Below, piece after piece: positions 61,182 to 64,000 of a stretch of 64,000 nucleotides of DNA. Under the pieces are notes generated by a model. That model saw only the letters and a program-made list of their open reading frames with translations, did not search any database and had not been told where the DNA came from. Position 1 is the first letter of the stretch, and every line of letters starts with the position of its first letter. A program made the translations under genes and the position numbers. The stretch is from Takakia lepidozioides (Eukaryota; Plantae; Bryophyta): NCBI GenBank assembly GCA_030704615.1, contig CM060731.1, positions 85,436,001 to 85,500,000 of the forward strand, given 5' to 3'.

Positions 61182-64000
61182 ATGCTCGAACCTGAGAGGG
61201 GGGGGAGTTCGTGCACCAGACAGGAGACCTCGTCGCAAGCTCCGAAAATTATACTTCGGACGTAGGCCAATGCCGAAGGGGAGGAAGCAGATGCGTCTAC
61301 AGGAGGAGATTGCCATCTCCGAGCAGCAGGCCACTCAGGCAACCCAGCCACCAGTGAGAGCTCCATGCGATCGGGCTGCGCGCAGCTGATCGAGCACCGA
61401 ACCCCCCATTTTGCTTCTGTAATTCTTAGACTGAATGCTAGGAGACTTGAATGCAGAACATGTTTGCATGCCTAACAGGAAAGGTGGACGTGCTGGAGGG
61501 ATCGCAGGAATCCAAAGAGCCGCACGAAGAGTCCGTGGAGCTAGCTGCAGCACGTACACCCACCCGATCCCCGAGCGCGGGTATTCCTGCCGGGCCTAGC
61601 CCTGTGCGTTTCAAAGACGCGGCTTCAAAGGGCAAGTTCAAAGCCCCAGAGATCGACTCGCGTTCTTCGGTCATGGAGAATCGCCAGCAGGGGTCGGGCC
61701 CTTCTCCAGCAAAGTCGAAGAAGAAGCAGCCCGTCCTCTACTGGTTTCTGAACCGGCTCAGGCCGTTTCACCCCCACCAACGCGAATGAAGCAGCAGGGT
61801 AAAAGACAGATTCAATTGCAGCAGACACCTTCACCTGCAAGGATGAGGAAGCAGAAGGCAATCAGGGCGACGGCCGAACAATCTCCCGCAAAACCGCTTC
61901 CACGAGCTGAAGCTCAGTTCCTGGAGGATTTCCCGCCTGCAGATGTTGGGGCTGTCTCTGCTGCAGCGAAGGCAATGGGATCGACCGTTTTTGTCGATTT
62001 GGTACCGGAGGAGGGTGCTGCCGCTCAACGTTCGCAGCAAGACCTCACCACCGATGAGCAAGCAGGCCCGGAGGAGGCCTCTGCAATGGCAGAATTGCCC
62101 GCAAACAGGCCCCAGAGTGCAGCTCCAGTTGAGGATGCTCCAGCTGCTCAGCCACTACCGGCACCTACAGACATGTCTCCGGAGGATTTCAAAAGTGCAG
62201 CGGATAAAATGTTGGAGGAGACACACAGTAGCATTGGTAGAGTTCTGGGCAGCATGTATTCCAGCGGACTCTTCGAATCCCACTCTGTCGCATGGTCTCC
62301 CTTCCCATCGTCAGGCAGGCCCTTCCCGGAGATGTGGATAAGCTGAAGTTCGCATTTCGAGAAGGGTATCGTCTGGGATCGGCAGCGTTTTACGTTTCCA
62401 TTGAGAATGAGGACGGCGAAACTCGTGGACCCACTGCCGATGAATTGTGAATGTGGGATACCCACTGGCACACACGCAACGACGAATTCGAGGCGACGCT
62501 GAAGGGTGATCCAGACTTCGGCCATATGTCGGGTAAAATGTTCTTTGTGTGGGACGGGAATCACCGACTTCTTGCCTGGTGGGAGTACATCAAGCAGAAC
62601 CATGCCAAGCACATTGGCTGGCATTACATGGTGGAGTGTGTCATCCTGAAGGTGAAGGCGGCAGACTCCTCCCTGCTCAAGAATGCCATGGCGGACCTCA
62701 ACTCGTAAGATACTCATACCCTCCCTAGCACGTTCGAAATGCGGTGCCGCATTTCGGTTTCCATTCTGGTTTGTTTCCGTGCTTCCGTGTACTGAATTGG
62801 AGAGTGTGCCTTGCAGGGTCACTGAGAATGCGTACGTCCATACCCACATGGCACATATGTTGTACAGGGTGAGGAAAACTGGTCTCACTGATCCGCAGAT
62901 GTTTGCGGAAATGCTGGAGCCCGAGCTCATTCAGAAAGCCGTTGCAAAAACAGACCGGACATGGTATCGTCTCACTATGGATGGAATGGTGGAGGTGATA
63001 TACGAAGTAAGTCATCCTCCAATTCCCTCTGCTCATCCTTCCCCAATTTCCAGTAATCTTTCCACATGAATCGAATGTAACGCTTCTGCATGTTTTTGTT
63101 GGCAGTCAAACATCAAGCTGGATTTGGCCCATGCCAAACGCTTCTTCATGGAAAGTGAGGGGCAGGTCAAAACATTGCAGTCATTGACTGAGCACTTGAA
63201 GGAAGCCGGTGTCAAGTCCAGAACCAAATACAAGTCAAAGCTTGTGAAGCTGGTGGCAATTGGAGATCCGACACTTGGAAAGGACTTCATCCCCGAGATT
63301 GCAAAACACTATTCTCGGGCCATGCAGCCGACCATGCAATTGGAGAAACTGCATCACCTCTCAACGGCATGTGTTGAGGCGAAAGAGAAGGTGAGGTTTC
63401 AATGCACTGAAGTTCCTTCCTAGCAATAGCCACTCTCTTCCAGCTCCTGACATTGGATCGGAAATGGCAGACACGGTGGCTGTCGATCTGGAATGCATCC
63501 GAGAGCATAAGGACAATGTGGTCTTTTCCACTCGAAGTTTCCGACCCTGCAATGGATGCTACGTGATAATGCATTTGGGAATCGCAGGTAATGTCGAATG
63601 CGAAGGAGCAAGTCGTAATGCACACAAATTCGTTCGGCTTGTACGTCAAATGGGATGGAACACAGACATTGGAAGACTACGTGACACGTTTCAGATGTGC
63701 GTACAAGGACAACCTCTTCGCCAGAGAGCTACAGACAGCAAGAAGGAGCGTGGAGTTTACACATCAGGAGGGAGCGGGGAAAGCTGCAATGCGAATTGTT
63801 TACAGGTGAAGCACAGCTACCCTTGTATGCGAAGCTTGGTTACGAGGTTTGTCTCGGAAATGCGGCACCGCATTCGCATTTTATGTTTTCGGTGGCACTC
63901 TGCAAGTAGGTTCGTCCAATCTTATGCTCACGCATGCTGACTGCCTTGCAGGTATATGAAATACGTGCTCCTTCAGACAGGGGCCCTGGCTCAAGAGCCC
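61182..64000 (+). pseudogene. ParB-MTase gene, subfamily A copy 2 (5' part, no retrotransposon insertion; has frameshifts and a stop)
   Basis: Collinear with 7039-7986 plus 14943-16775; FFVWDGNHRLLAW at ~62540-62580. Confidence 0.8.

Larger units (their letters stand above)
54545..64000. mobile_element. MULE-like element, subfamily A copy 2 (most complete; continues beyond the window)
   Basis: TIR GAGGTTTACTATTTCATGAGC with CATGAGC repeats, then transposase, array and accessory gene. Confidence 0.85.

Overview
Eukaryotic, plant-type heterochromatic window made entirely of nested transposons; no intact host gene was found. A non-seed land plant such as a bryophyte or lycophyte is my inference from the TE types. 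The main signal is a Mutator-like DNA transposon family present as at least 5 partial copies in 2-3 subfamilies. Its consensus layout is TIR (GAGGTT..CTATTTCATGAGC), then a minus-strand GCM-fold/DDE/SWIM transposase, then a kb-scale array of 22-bp palindromes, then a divergently oriented ~10-exon accessory gene, then a TIR. The accessory gene encodes a ParB/Srx-like domain (WDGNHRL) fused to a prokaryote-type beta-class amino (N6-A/N4-C) DNA-methyltransferase fold. The palindrome sequence co-varies with the subfamily: GGAAATGCGGnnCCGCATTTCC in A and GGAAATTCGGCGCCGAATTTCC in B. Nested among these copies are: a full-length chromodomain Ty3/Gypsy element (7987-14937, TSD AGCAG) plus two fragments; a degenerate Ty3/Gypsy element carrying a C5-cytosine methyltransferase between protease and RT and a PHD finger after integrase; an Athila/Tat-like Gypsy fragment; a LINE RT fragment; and CACTA remnants, one of which carries duplicated RPL27 gene fragments. 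There is a 500-N assembly gap at 46683-47182. All domain calls are by eye from motifs; no searches were run.
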